Part shown: in pieces, positions 37,786-51,900 of the stretch
Layout of the letters: every line of letters begins with the position of its first letter
Position numbering within the stretch: position 1 is the stretch's first letter
From: Vitrella brassicaformis CCMP3155
Lineage: Eukaryota; Protista; Chromerida
Assembly: GCA_001179505.1 (NCBI GenBank)
Contig: CDMY01000305.1
Location: forward strand, 1 to 64,000
Length of the DNA: 64,000 bases
Direction: 5' to 3'
Notes under the pieces: model-generated
The model's input: the letters and a program-made list of their open reading frames with translations, nothing else
Told to the model about the DNA's origin: nothing
The model's database searches: none
Made by a program: the position numbers and the translations under genes

Positions 37786-38392
37786 TCAGTTGCCGTTTTT
37801 CTTCTGAATCCACGACGCCACGTGGAAGCCCCACGCGAGCGGCCCGAACCAGCCACCCACAAGGGCTGGGGGTGCGCCGGGCCCCCATTGCAGGCTGTAG
37901 ACGAAGATGGCGAAGGCCACGATGGAGAGGGCGCCGAACACCGACGAGGAGATGTTCTGTCCGATGCCCAGCACCTCAGGGGACGGGATGGTGCCACGGG
38001 TGTATGGGAAGCCATCACCCTGAACGACACCCACCACGACACACAAGCAAGGGTTCGGATGTGTTGCTTTGTGTGTGCTGTTCTTGGCCTCGCATCGCTC
38101 ACCATGTCGATGGCGGCGTTGCGTGGCCTGTCGATGCCCGTCATATCGTCGTACGCCTTAGACTTCTGCACGTCCTTACTCGCTTGCAAAACTGGAGGAA
38201 CAAGCACAGCACGAGAGTCAGTCAGTCCATCGTTCACCGGCTTCTTGTTGCATCCATCGTCCCACGCAGCTCACCATTTCGCGAAGGCCTCATGGTCGCG
38301 CTTCGTTCCAAAGGCGTGGGCACGACGAAGGCAGTCGCCAGCTCGGCCAGCAGCAAGCACGCCAGAGTCGCAGTGACCGCCTGTTTCATCAT
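37786..38392 (-). CDS. psaR: Plastid-targeted small thylakoid protein, probable photosystem I subunit PsaR/Psa28
   Basis: Three exons (38392..38275, 38191..38103, 38019..37786) splice in frame. Signal peptide MMKQAVTATLACLLLAELATA is followed by F (ASAF-type bipartite targeting). Two hydrophobic segments, EVLGIG and the terminal WGFHVASWIQKKNG match PsaR as I recall it. Confidence 0.7.
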
Positions 38393-38711
38393 CGCTGCTT
38401 CTGCTGCTGCTTTAGGAAGGGAGGGTGATGGAGCGGCTGCCTTCTGCTCGGTCAAATTGGATCGCGCCAATGAAATGCGGATGAGCGTAAATAGATAGAT
38501 CCGAAGGCCGCAGGGCGGCAGTGTCAAGGTGGTAATGCCCAGATGCTGCCGCTACCCATTTGCAACAAGATCAACCCTTTTCGGGGCCATCTCCGAGCTA
38601 AGCTCGCAGGCTTTTCAGCTCGCCCTTGACGGCGAAAGATCTGCTGCATTGTTTGTGGTGGAAAGCACTCGGCGAGGTTGAGTGTGTATGGATCAGAAGC
38701 GGCGCCGCATC

Positions 38712-40103
38712 ATGGCTGAGTACACTCTCGACGACAAGGGCAGCATCGCCTTCAGAATCACAAACGTATGGCAGGGCAGATAGACGCAGGATGATGAATG
38801 ATCCTGTTCAAGATGATGAGATCTGTGCGTGTGCTATATATGCAGGGCGTCACTGGGAGTGTCTGCAAGGTGGCGCAACTCGGAGCCACTGTGGTAATAC
38901 AGAGCACTAGCTGTGTGATGACATACATGGGTGGGACTCAATGCGCATACATACACACACAGAAACCCACATGCATGTGCCCAGGTGTCGTGGCGCGGCA
39001 AGGGAGGCGACGAGCGGCTCTTCGTCAGCACCAAGTCCGAGTTCACCAAGGGCAAGGCTGTCAGGGGCGGCATTCCCATCTGCTGGCCACAGGTGCGGCG
39101 GCAGCAGCACCCATTGTGCGTCGGCTGCCACACTGTTTGTTTGTGTGTGGCTGTGCTGTGTCAGTTTTCCTCGTATGGCGACTTCCCCAAGCACGGCATT
39201 GCTCGCAACAACCTGTGGATAATGAGGGATGTCGAGACGGACGCGTCGGGCGGGTCGGTGACGGCCACCTTCATGCTCATGGACGACCCTGAGGTGGCCA
39301 AGCACGTCCAAGGCATCACACTCGGTCGGTGAGTCACTTCAGTGTGCCACGCAATGCAGCATCAGACAGACACTGCTGAGGGGTGAGGTGCGTGCACTCA
39401 TTGGGAGGGGGTGTTGTTGCTCTCTGCGTCAGAGTATCGCGTGACGTTGGACGGTGAGGACAGGCTGATCACGGAACTGGTTGCCCGGGGCCACCGCGAC
39501 ACGCCCCTCAAGACCACCGTGTGCCTCCACACCTACTTTGCCGTCGGCGACATCATGCAGACCTCCGTCGTCGGACTCAAAGGTGACTGACCGACCGACC
39601 ATTCCACCATCGCACGAGGCGCCACCCCGTGTGTGTGCAGGTGCGGCCTTCTCGGATCAGGTGGCCAAGGAGGAGGCCGAGCAGGAGTCCGAGGAGCTCA
39701 CATTCGGCTTCGAGTGCGACCGCATATACCACAACAACGCGACGGAGACGCTGGAGATCCGTGACGCCAAGAACAAGCGCAAGTTTCTGGTGAGCAAGTC
39801 GCCGGAGCTGTCTGACTGGGTGGTGTGGAACCTCTGGAAGGAGAAGGCCCTCCAGATGGCAGACATGGACGACGACGGATACTCGAAATACGTGAGTGGA
39901 GTGCTGCCGGGGATGGGGCAGGGGCAGGGCAGGGCAGGGGTCGTGTCGTCCGTCCATCGTGTGGGTGGGATGTGCTGTCTTGGTGCGGGGCATGGCATGG
40001 ACTGCAGGTATGTGTGGAGCCGACGCGGTACAGCCAGCCTGCTGTGATCGAGGCGGGCGGGGAGTTCCGCTGCAGACAGACCATCCAGGTGCTGCCCATG
40101 TGA
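38712..40103 (+). CDS. Glucose-6-phosphate 1-epimerase (aldose 1-epimerase family)
   Basis: LFVSTKSEFTKGKAVRGGIPICWPQF, KHGIARN, DWVVWNLWKEKALQMADMDDDGYSKYVCVEP. Confidence 0.93.
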
Positions 40104-40918
40104 GCTAGCTAGACGGAGGACGGCAAGTGATAGTGACTGTGGAGTGTGGCTGTGGGTGGTTGGTTAGTAGGGGGTGTTTAGCTGAGTAGGGAGGGGTTTA
40201 CGTAAGTGTCCATAGGGTTATGCCTTCCTGTGTGTGCCGCACGGGTGGTTTCCTTCTAACTGTCTGCCGTTCGTGTGCATACGAGATCTGTGGCTGGTCG
40301 GGCGAGGTGATTCCTCGACGTGCGTAGGCTGCTGGATGTGATGTGATGTGATGCGTCTGAGTTGAATGTGAATGTGTCTGCCATGAGATAGATGCACGTG
40401 TTTCTTCCCGTCTGCTGCCGCCTCCTGCGCCCCGTCAATTGCTCTGCACGCAATCGCCGGGGCATTCGAGGCGGATGTGGACAGTGAGGGACACGTGCAT
40501 TGCGTGCCGAATGGATCTTGGTTGAGACACAGACAGACAGACGGACGGACGGACGGATGGATGTGTGGCGAGATTCAAGTTGCTTCGTCGGCAACAACAC
40601 GATTTGACTCTCCGCGCCGGTCTGCCCTTCGGGCATCCCTCGCTGTCATCAACGCCCCACGCATTGGTAGGAACAAGACTTATCGACACGCAACACACAC
40701 GGTCCGTCTCGATCTCAAGACACATGCCAGTGGTCGTGGCTGTCTATCACATCTTTCTTTCCTCACGAAGGAAGCGTCGATTGACAGAGAAACAGACGAG
40801 AAATGCATCCCTCCCTCCAGCCCTACTACCTACCTGTCCGCCACACAACACATCGCATATATCGCCCCACTGCCCACCACAGCGCCGAGATCGACCATTG
40901 ACTGACTGACTGACTCCC

Positions 40919-43368
40919 TCACTCCGCCGCCCATTGCCGCTCCTTATCGTCATACACGACAGCCTTGCCGGCCTCACTATCCTCCCCAACTCCCCCGTTG
41001 TCTCCCCCCTCCCGCTTATTGCCTCCCTCTCGCCCACCGTGAAGCTTCGTGTCCTTCATCTGTGGGTCAGCATTGATCCACTTGGCGACGATTCTGCCCC
41101 CCTCCTTGACAGCTATCTTCCCCCCCTCCCTCAGCCACTCGGCCGCTGCATTCGCCCTGCAGTTATGAGGATTGTTCTTCTCGTCAGCGGCAGGGCCTCT
41201 TGCCTTGGGGTCCGTCTGGCGCATTTCGTTCATCGAGATGACGTCGTTGCCGTGTGAGGCGGCTGCAATGAGGTACCTGGCATGCTCGGCTGCAGAGTCG
41301 ATGGCCCGCCGTTCGGTGCCATTGGAGGGGAAAGTGGCGTGGGCCGCCAAGACCAGCTGCGAGAGGTGGCTGAGGATGTGGTGGGTCCGCTCGGGGGCGT
41401 CGACCCGGTGTCTGTCGTTGCACAAGTGCCCCAGGTCGCCAAGGAAGTAGAGGAGCCGTCGGGTGACGGCCACGTCGCCCCTTCCGTAGTGCCGCAGAGG
41501 GTGCATGCAGACGTCCAGCAGGGTAGCAAAGGTGCACGCTGGCATGGCCACACGCAGCCCCCCCTGGCTGTCATAGGCGAAGATGTGGTTGAGCTGTTTG
41601 GCGGCGATGGTCGCGAACAGCACACTCAGGCGGTCGATGGCCTGCACTGCCGAGTGGGGATCGTTCACACCAGGGGACAAGGCACGCACAGCCTGCAAAC
41701 CGACCTCACACCACACCACACAGACATACACAGCCTTAATTGCCTCCCTCCCTAACGGCTCTTTCTTGGCTTGCGCACCACGTCTGTGATTTCCCTGATG
41801 GAGAAGGACATGTCGTCTCCACCCGTCCTCTCGCCAGCTATCAGCAGCGCACCATTGGCCGCACCCTCGATGCGTGACAGCATCTCTGAGTCGATGCTCT
41901 CGCGTGTCGCTGGTGGCAACGCTGCGCCCACTGGTGGCGGCTCGTCGACCGATGCTGAGGTGCGGGGCGTCTGGTGATTGTCCTGTGACGAAGGAGGCGG
42001 GTCGTCAGTGGCCCGCAGCCACACCCACCCCTATACACACACACACACACACGAACATCCGGAGACGCGTCTGTTAGGCATCTTAAGATACATCCATCTG
42101 ACTACACACGCGTACCAGGAGAGTGCCCTTGGTGACATGGTCGCCCACTCGGTGCGCCAGCCTCAGCACCAGCTTGTCGTCCATGTTCGTCAGCTGCCTC
42201 GCAAGTGGCATCAGCTCAGCGGCCTGAATGTACCCCGAGCGATCGACACGCAGCCGCTTGGCGCCCACGGGCACCAGAGGCAGCTCTGATGCGATGGCCT
42301 TCATGGGCAGCTCTGCGAAGAGCTGTAGCGAGGGATCGTCGATGCTGTCGTTGCGCCGCACCAGCTTGGTGGAGTCGTGAAGGACGTCATCAAAGATGGA
42401 CTCCAGCCGCATCCCACGCGTGAAGTAGTGGATGAAGAATATGAACGTGCCTGCATCACACACATCCACAAACGCCTTACTCCCTCCCTCCCTCCCTCCC
42501 TCTGTCTGTCTCTCTCTCTAACCAAGCACAAGGAAGAGGTAGATGAAGAGCAGGTTGACGGCCAGCTCCGGCACATATGGCTCCTCGTCGTCTGTGCTCT
42601 GGCCCATTGCGAATTGCACCGAGAAACAGTAGGCGTAGCTGCCCAGAAACACGCTCAGGCAGAACTTGTTGGCGGCCTTTCTCATGTAGCTGTCGAGCAG
42701 ACGGGGCGAGTACTGCTGGCTGAAAAGCTGAAGGGCCAGAACTGCACACACACACACACACGCTCACACACACACGCCGATCAGACGAACATGCAGCGGA
42801 TGTGAGTCTCTCTCGTTCTCTAACTGCGCGTGTGTGTGTATACCAACCAGTAAGACTGAAAGTGAGTGTGACGATTGCGATGCATGCAGACGCTATCATG
42901 CTAAGAAGTGCCCTGGCCCGCCCCACATCACCCACGACGTACGGCCACCGCCACCGCACATCGTCCTGTCACACATCATGATGCACACACCGAGAGAGAG
43001 AGAGGCTAGCAGGTGATTGCAATTCATCACAGCATAATCTCCACCCGTATGTATGTATGCGTGTGTCCCCATTACATTCTACCTGTTCGTATTGCCACGA
43101 GGGGATGGGGATGGAACCGAGAATCAAACCCAGCAAGGCGTTGCAGAACACTGCATTCCAATCAATGCATGCACCACAGGAGCGAACAAACAAACGATAT
43201 CAGATCAGCTGGCGTATCCGTACTGACTGACTCGTTGCTGCTTGGTGTAGATGTAGGAGTGTAGTAGAGTGTAGTAACAGTACCCGAGAGGAAGGGGAAG
43301 AAGAAAAAGGACCGCTCCAGCCTGCCGTACAGGCTCCGAAACCTCACTGTCAGGGCCGCTGCAACCAT
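40919..43368 (-). CDS. DUF2254-family membrane protein
   Basis: RSFFFFPFL, LLSMIASACIAIVTLTFSLT, LALQLFSQQYSPRLL, GYIQ and AVRALSPGVNDPHSAVQAIDRL are typical of DUF2254; several GT-AG introns. Confidence 0.88.
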
Positions 43369-43572
43369 CGGGATCGAGATCTCTGGTGTTCTGCCCTCGA
43401 CTGCTTCCTTCCCTCCGCTGCGTCCAGGTCACTCCGCCCAGGGGAGGTCCAAACAATCTTGCGATCTCAAAGGTTGCGAGGACAGTCCTTGAAACCTTCA
43501 TCGCAGCGGCAGTTTATCGCATCTACAAGCAAGAGCATCATATCGCATCACAGCATACCGCATCGCAGAGAG

Positions 43573-44974
43573 ATGGACGTCCAGCCAAGGCACGAAGAGA
43601 GTGACACATGGCATCCCGAGAGGCAGGTAGAGTACGGGAGAAGAAGGAGGACGGCACAGCTGCTCACCCGGTCTCATGACGTGATGCGTCTGGTTGTGGT
43701 GCAGCTGATTCTGGGTGAGTTGAAGCAGACGAGAAGGATCGTCTCGTGGGGTGCTGCGATTGTCGGTCTTCTCACGATCATTTCAGCTGGTACCGAGGGG
43801 ATGGATGGATGAGCGCGGCACATTCACGTGTGTGTCGGGTATGGCGCATGTGTGCGTGCGCTTGCTGCAGGCGTCCTTGTTGTCGACATCCAAAGTGAGC
43901 GCCGACTGACACACACAAAACGATGGGTGCTTTGCGGCATGTGTTGACGGCCGGCTGGCCACACATGGTTGTTTGTGCTGCTTCTCTGATTCTGTCTTTC
44001 CCCCCTCAGTGCTCAAGGAGGAGCGGGTGGATCCCGACTCGAACATCATTCTATCGCAGAAGAACAAACGGCCCCTCCGTGTGCAGGAGCAGTTGGACAT
44101 CATTCCCCTCCATGTGCTCAACGCCGTCCCGCTTCAGAGTCTGCAGAAGCTGCAGACAGTCACCCTGCAGGTCCGCACGATGGATGAACGTGACGCCGTG
44201 TGTTGATATATGCACACCGCCTTTTTGTGTGCATCTGTTGTGTGTGTGTGTGTGTGTGTGTGCAGGTGGCCGAGAACACCACAAAGTTCTACCAGATCCA
44301 CGCGGCGTCCCGTGACGACTATCGCAACGCCACGACACTTTTTTTGTCCCTCAGCACCACACTCGAGCTCACATCAAGTAACCACACAGCGGCAACACAA
44401 CACGCCCACCACACACCACCACGCTTGCATCGGTGTCCTGGTGTCTGTCACGATCCATCAGGCACCGCCCGTCTGATTGAGGACGGCACGCTGCTCCAAG
44501 AGTGGGAGCTGACCACAGCGCAGCAGCACGCTGCAGCAGTTGACAGTGACGACACCGATGAGACGAGGAGGCGGCTTTGGGCTTGGGGCGCGAGATACCG
44601 CGCCATCCCTTATATGGGACCAGCGGCAGCATACCCTGTCGGCTATGCCGTCGGTCAGTGAAGGGAGAGAGAAACACAGACAGACAGACAGACAGACAGA
44701 CAGAGAAGCAAACACCGACCACATGGGTCCGTCTCTCTTTGTGCTGTCTGTTGTGGCTGCGTGCGGTGCAGCCGTCCCGGTGTATCCTTACACTGCGGCT
44801 GCCCCGGCCTATGCGTATCCGTCGACCCCCTATGCCGCCGGATACTACAGCCCAGCGGCCGCCGCAGTGGCTCAGAACCAGGACGCATATGGCTACCCGG
44901 TGCCGGCCAACGGCGCAGCGACAGCTGGCAACGCCGTCGGGTACTACAACCAGCCCGTCAGGGTGCCGCCATGA
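43573..44974 (+). CDS. Uncharacterised single-pass protein with Ala/Tyr/Pro-rich tail
   Basis: Spliced exons with hydrophobic IVSWGAAIVGLLTIISAGVLVV, internal RRRLW, and tail AVPVYPYTAAAPAYAYP...VRVPP*. Confidence 0.6.
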
Positions 44975-45716
44975 CGTACGTATTTGTTGATTGGTCATGG
45001 CGGTGTGTGGGGCATACTTTATAGTTTATGCGTAGGGAGACAGAGAGAGAGAGAGACGCAGGTGTGGTATATCTTTCTATCTGTGTGGGTCAGTGGTCAG
45101 TCAGTGTGCTAATTGATGTGTATCGGCACAGCACACCGGCCCTCCCTCGGCGGCCCTCCTTTTTTTCGTTGGAAGGTCGTAGGTGGGCATCTGTAGTTGT
45201 GTTCTGCAGTGGGCTGGGCGGGAGGGAGGTTTGTGTTTCTTTTCAATGAGCCCGTTTTGATTACCTACCTACCTACCTACCTGCATCTTTTGGCTCCTTC
45301 TGTCGCTGCTTGTGGTCTTTATGCTAGCCGCCCTGTGTGCCTGGATTTCCGCCAGTGACTGCAGTGAGGCCAGGCCGCTGTTTGTAGGCTCCTGTGTCAG
45401 TCAGGAGAGATTTGAGCCTTTTTTGTTTGTGTCGTCAGTCAGTCATTTTGGCAGACAGGTTAGGTTGGTACATACAGGACAGACACGTGTACGTGTTGGC
45501 CGTCACCTCTCTCTCCCTCCGCTGTATGATCTGTGTACCGCTACTCACCTATGGTGCAGGTACTGTCTCTACGTTTCTGCCTGGGTACGGAAGGAGAGAG
45601 AGGTGACACTCTGACCTTTTTGTATAACGTGACTAGTCAGAAGGGCAAAAGGGATGAACAGACAAGCTTGACATGATTGTTGCTTCAGGGCCGATGAACC
45701 AACCTGGTCGATCTCC

Positions 45717-45837
45717 GCATGCATCCAGCCTGGTCAGACATTAATTGTCGTTGCATGTGTAGACAAAGACACGAATAAAGGGGAAGCAGCAGCGCCATTG
45801 CCGCCACAGCAACCTGGCATGCATTTTACGGCATGCA
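45717..45837. promoter_or_regulatory. Three GCATGCA motifs upstream of the coiled-coil/PH gene
   Basis: Copies at 45717, 45817 and 45831; TGCATGCA also lies at 941..948 and 57981..57988 upstream of genes. Resembles the ApiAP2-bound TGCATGCA element; function is inferred only. Confidence 0.3.
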
Positions 45838-45942
45838 GACTGGGGGTCTTGCGCGCTTAGCCCCCATGGAGGAGTTCTTCGGGGGCAGTTGTCTAGCAAG
45901 GTCCACCACCAGCTGCTGAGTGCAACCTTGCAAGTTGGAGCC

Positions 45943-48900
45943 ATGAATGGCAGGAACAACCATGCCGGTGAGAGAGAACGGAGAGAACAACACCCACCGG
46001 AGAGAGCACACGCACCAGTGCTCTAGCTGCGCTTGCAAGAATGTGTGCTTCCGCGCGTGTGTCTTATCTGTGCAGGCCGCGTGCAGCACGTGGGCCCTCC
46101 CCGGCAGAGGAACGGAGGCAAGAAGATGGTGAGGGCCCTGGCGACGCAGGACTCCCAGAACCGGCAGCCCGTCCGACTGGAGTTCCCGCCCGACACGCAG
46201 CTGCACGAGATTGTCATCCCAGCTTCGGACATCGTGCAGCGCGTCGGGCAGGATGAGGACGGCTCCTACGTCATCACGACCGAGGCGGCCTCCAAGTTTG
46301 ATCTCACCACCAGCCAGGGCAGGCCGCCCAAGAAAGAGGCGTCCCCCGCCGCCGCTGCTGCCGCTGCTGTGTCCATGGTGCCGCTGCCTGTGGTGCCGAT
46401 GAGGTCGGTGACCCCTCCTCCCGTTTTCGCGAGGCCTGTGAGTCCGCCGCCTCCACCTGCCATGTCGTATGTGCCGCCGCCTGTTGCCGCGTCGTATACA
46501 GTTGCCCCGCCTGCGCCCAAAGTGATGCGACCTCTGTCTCAGCCACCCCCCAGCCACGTGCTCGTCCCTCACCAGCCTGTGCCACAGCGCCCTGTCACTC
46601 CCCCCCCTGCTGCTCAGTACGTCCGGCCACCGATTGCCCAGCCCATTCAGGCTGTCCCTGTCGTTCCCAAGTTCGCCCCACAGCCGCCTGTGTTGATTCA
46701 GCCGCAGACCTATTTCGCGGCGCCCTCGCCCGCATCCACTCCGTCCACCCCTCCGCCTCCCAAGAGAGTGATCCACTACCGTGAGGCCTCACCGCACCCT
46801 CTTTCCCCTCCGCCGTCGCTTTTGATGGTGCCCAAGGTCAAAGCCCCGCCGCCACAGATGCAGATGGCGGTGGGGGCGCCTGCGCCTTCGCCACCACCTG
46901 TGGTTGTGCACCATCCGCCGGTGAGGACCATGCCGCTGCCTGCAACCGTGCCCGCACCTGCCCCTGTCCTTGAGGGGCCGCTGCCGCTGCGAGTGGCCTC
47001 AATGCTCGACATTCTCGACCGGGACATTGCCACGTAAGACAACAAGACGTAGCGTGATGTGTCTGTCTCTTCTGTCTATCTATATTTGTGTCTCTCTCCT
47101 TTTTTCCCAGGTTCATGCAGCAGACGCACCAGATGAACGTCTGCACCCAGACGGTGGAGGTGCAGTACGGCCAGATGCACGGGCGGGGCGTCGACCCCCG
47201 TCTCGCCCACCAGGCCTTGCAGGCCGCCCAGCAGTGCGCCAACACCCTCGCCCGCATCGCCCAGAACCTCCGCAAGGCCCAGCAGCTGCTCCACGAGTGG
47301 ACGAGCGAGCTGCAGGCCAAGGACGCCGACACGCGCCGGAGGATGGCGGAGGATCTGGAGCGTCGGTGCGGCAAGGCCCTGGACACACTGATTGCGACGT
47401 GTGAGAAGGAGTCGAGGGCGTCTAACGGCAGGCGTGAGCGGCCGCCGCCCAAGGAGGACTCGCCGGGCTTCTGGTCGCTCAGGCGTGTGCAGGACGAAGT
47501 GGAAAAGCTCAAGAACGTGAGATCGGGAGACACAAGGGGACAAGGCCTATGTTTCTCTCTCTCTCTCCTTTGCGTGCAGATCATCATAGCCATCATCCGC
47601 AGCTCTGTCGGCGGCATCCACGCCCCCGTGACGGTGACGGCCCCACTGCCACCCAGGCAGGTCATCAGTGCGCCCGAGGACAGCCGTCTGCAGCAGGAGC
47701 TGGCGGCTCGGCTGCGGACCGTCGGAAACGAACTCAAGCGGGCCTCTGATCAGCTGGAACAGTCGCGCAAGAAAGACAAAGAGGTCAGTCGGGCTCAATG
47801 GATGGATGGATGGATGGATGAGCACATACACACACGGCCTTGCCATGTTTGTCAGCTTGAGAGGACCTTGCAGCACGAGCGGAAGACGCACGAGGCTGAG
47901 TTGGCCCGCCTCGGCAATGAGCTCCGTGAGGCCCGCTCCAAGACCCCTCCCAAAAGCCAAATAGCGGGGGGCGACCAAGAAATCGTCAGACGACTGCAGG
48001 CAAGTAGTACACTCCCTGGCGCCCAAGGGACACATCACATACGGGTGTGTATGGATGTGTGTGGGTGTGTGTAGCAAGAGCGTGACCAGTACGCTGACGA
48101 GGTGTCTCGTCTGCAGGTGGACCTGCACTACCTCAAGAAACAGAAGCCAGACGACTCTGACAGACGCAGGCTGGAGCGAAAGGCAAACGACCTGCAGGTC
48201 AGTCACCTCACCCCGGCCACCGAAGCAAACAGGGGAGGGAAGAGACCCTGTATGTATGTTGCTCGTCTGTCAGCGAGAGCGAGATCAGCTGCAGGAACAC
48301 GTCATGAAGATGCAGGCACAGGTTGGTCGACCACATGTGGTCTGCCTCCAATTGGGTTTGATTGGCAATCCATATATTGCTGCAGTTTTCGAAAGGTCCC
48401 GGTCTGCAGAATGAGGTGAACGGTCTGAGGCGGCTCAACACTGACCTCATGGACACAAACAAGAAGCAACAGGCTGAAATCACCAGACTCAGATCGGAAG
48501 TCACAGTGAGTCACTGACAGAGACAGACAGATCACACGACCCTCCGTGTGTGACTCACCTGCATGTCGCTGTGCCATCTTCTGACAGGGCGGCGAGAAGC
48601 GCGGCGGCATTCGTCCCATCTCTCGCCTGGACGAGGTGTGCAAACAAGCATCAAAGACCATCTGTCTCCTTCTGTCTCAGCATTGGGTGTTGCTGTCAAT
48701 GCATTGAACAATGGCATGTATTGTACGCAGATGGGGCCTGAAATTCTGAGTGAGGTCAAAGGTGGGCGCAAGAGCGCGAGGCTGCGTGACGAGGACATGG
48801 CTGAGAAGATTCGGACGCTGCTCAAGGAGGTTGAGGAGCTCAAGAAACAAGCCAGCGCCATGGAACGAGTGCGCGTCAGCATACAGGTGGGTATGTGTAT

Positions 48901-51900
48901 AGCGAGAGTGAGTGACGCCCACACTCCTGTATGTATCCGTTTGGCTGCATGGCATGTGTGCAGGCGGAGCGCGATGCGGGTGTGGGCGACAAGGCCAGGC
49001 TGGAGAGAGAGCTGGCTAACCAACTCCAAGTCAACGAAGAGCTCATGGTCAGCACTCCAGCAATCGGGTCGTCAAAACGCTTCTGTCTGCCGCCCACAGG
49101 CTGACCGTAACAAGATTCGTAAGGAGTTGGCGGAGCTCAAGGCCAAGGCCAAGGCGCAGAGAGTGGGCCGGGGCAGCTTCGCATCACAGGGCAGCGACAA
49201 CATCTTCGCTGAACCTGACGACCTGCTCAAACCACTCAAGGTGTGTGACAGACAGACAGACAGACAGACAGAGAGCCAGCCACATGAAGCAGGTCATGCC
49301 CCATATTCACACAGGCTGAGAATGAGGGGCTTCGCATCGCCAATGCCGAGCTCCGCGCCGAGCGAGACAAACAGGACGCGGCGCTGCGAGCCCTCAGAGA
49401 CGAGAGGGAGGGCCTCGAACAGAGCCTGGCGATGGAGCGGACGAGGGGCGCCGACGACATGCACCGCCGCATGGACGACCTTCTCGACCAGCTGGCCCAG
49501 AAGGACGCCGACATCGCCGCCAAAGAGGAGGAACTCGCCGCTCGGGACGAGGAGCTTGCCACCAAGCAGCGCGCACTCGCCGCCAAACAACGCGAGATCG
49601 AAGACCTCAAGGCACAGCTCAACGTATGTATGGTCTGATGAAACCAAGACCGTACTGTATGGTCGTGATGAATCTCGTCTCTGCTTTTGGCAGGAGTTGC
49701 CGGTGGTTCACGAGAATCTGCAGCAGCTTCGAGGCGAGTTTGAGCAGGTGCGAGCGGCCAGCGCCACTGGCGCCAGGGAGGCAGCCGACGCGAACAAACG
49801 ACTCCGGGAGGCGCAACAGAATCTGCAAAACGCCGAAGATAAAATAAGCGACCTCCAGAGACAGCTGGATGAATTTGACAGGGTGCCTGAGTTACCAATG
49901 CACCAAGCCAGACTTAGCAATCGTTGCAGCTGCGTACACCGTTCTTGTCTGCCAGGACCGCGAGAAGGAGATACTGCGCAATGAGATCGACGCTTTGCGC
50001 CGCATCAATCGTGATCTCACGGCCGACAGCGAGCGCAAAGCCGAGGAGTGCCTCAAGAAAGACAGGGAAATCGACAAGGTCAGCAGCAAGACAAAGACAG
50101 CTTCAGCGGTGTCATGCCTCCTCCCTCTCTGTCTGTCGCAGCGTCTGGCACGGATCAAGGAGCTCGAGGACGAACTGGACGACCTCAAGGAACGACTACG
50201 CGTAAGGAACCATCCATCCCCAAGTGGCACTCAACACGCGCGCGCATACGTGCCTCTCTGTGCTCGACAACAATCAATCAATCAGGGACTCCGCAACCTG
50301 CGTGCGCTCAAGACAGCGTCCGACGTGGAGGCTGACTTCCTGCGCCGCGGTAGCGACAGGTCGGTGCAGGAGATGGGTCTGGAGATCACTTCTCTCGCCG
50401 GAGAGATCGAGCGCCTCAAGGAACAGAAAGCCGAGGTTGCGGCGCAGCGTGACCGGCTGCAGCGGGCCCTGGAGAAGGCCACCCAGGAGGGAGACGACTT
50501 ACGTGAGAGCAACGCCGGCTTGGACTCACGCATCAGGGCCCTCAAAAAGGACAAGAAGAAACTCGCTGAGGCCCTCAGACTCGCTGAAGAGCGCCTACAG
50601 GGCCTCACTGGCGAGGAGGAGGTGACAGTGGCCAAAGGGAGAGAGAAAGGATGGCTCCGAGTGATGTGTGCCTTGTGTGTGTGTGCATGTGTGTGTGTGT
50701 GTGTGTGTGTTGATCAGGAGAAGGCTGACATGATGCGTGAGCTGGAGGTTTCGAGCCTCAGGAGGCTGCAGACGGACTTCGAAGTCGAGAATGATCGCAA
50801 GGAAAAAGAATTAGGTCAGCTACGCACACACTCAACCATACAATCCAGTGAGACATGATGCTCTTTGTGTGTGTGGTCAGGTCGTCGCACCACGGAGCTC
50901 GACAGGAAGGACGTCATCATTCTGGGGCTGGAAGACGAAATCGACAGACTCAAGAAGAAGCTCAAGGCGAGCGACGCTGTGTGTGACCGCAGTGAGTGAA
51001 GGAATGTGTGTGTCATTCATGTTTGTCAGGAGGCCGAGGAGGAGGGGCGCGTACCCGCCAGTGAGCTCGACAACGCCAACAAACAGGTCGAAGATCTCAA
51101 GAGACGTGTGCAGCAGCTCGAGAGGGAAAGAGACGCGGCGGCAGCTGCCGCGGCCGCAGGGGTCAGCAAATATCACGGCGACGGATACCCGTTGACTGCG
51201 TGTATCGTTTCGTGTGTCAGCTGGGTGGAGATGCGGATGCGTTGGCGGCGGCGCGTAAGCAGATTGAGGATTTGAGGCAGGCGTGGGACGACGAGAACAG
51301 GGAGAAGGAGCAGCTCGCCAAGGAGGTGCAGCGGCTGCAGCGCGAGCTTGAGGACAGCAACGGCCAGACAGACGCCGCCATGCTCGTCCGCGACGAGGTC
51401 ACACTCGGACATCCAGACACCACGCCTCTCTCTGCGCCTGATGGATGGATGTGTGCCTCATCGTTTCTTCTTCTGTTCAGGCCATCAAGACGGCTCGTGA
51501 GCTGGAGGGCCTGCTGCAGGAGGTGGGCAAGCACACTCTGAAGGAGGGCGAGCTGATCAAGAAACTCGAGGAGGCGGCCGACAAGATAAACGACCTCGAA
51601 AAGGAAGCCAAAAGAGCCGAGGAGCTGGGCGGCCAGGTCCAGCAGCTCAGGGACGAACTCGGACGGCAGAAGGACCTCAGCAGACGAAACACCAAAGAGG
51701 CAGGCAGCTACACCAAAACACACTGATCTCACTATGCATACGTGTGTTGTCCATCCCTTCATGCAGCTGGAGAAGATCGTGCAGAATCTGCAGGACGCCC
51801 AGCAGGAGTTCTTCGAGGGCCGCACCGACTACGGCGACGAGATCCGCAACCTCATGGACAAGCTCAAGGCGGCCGTCAAGGCCATGGCCGACTACGAGGG

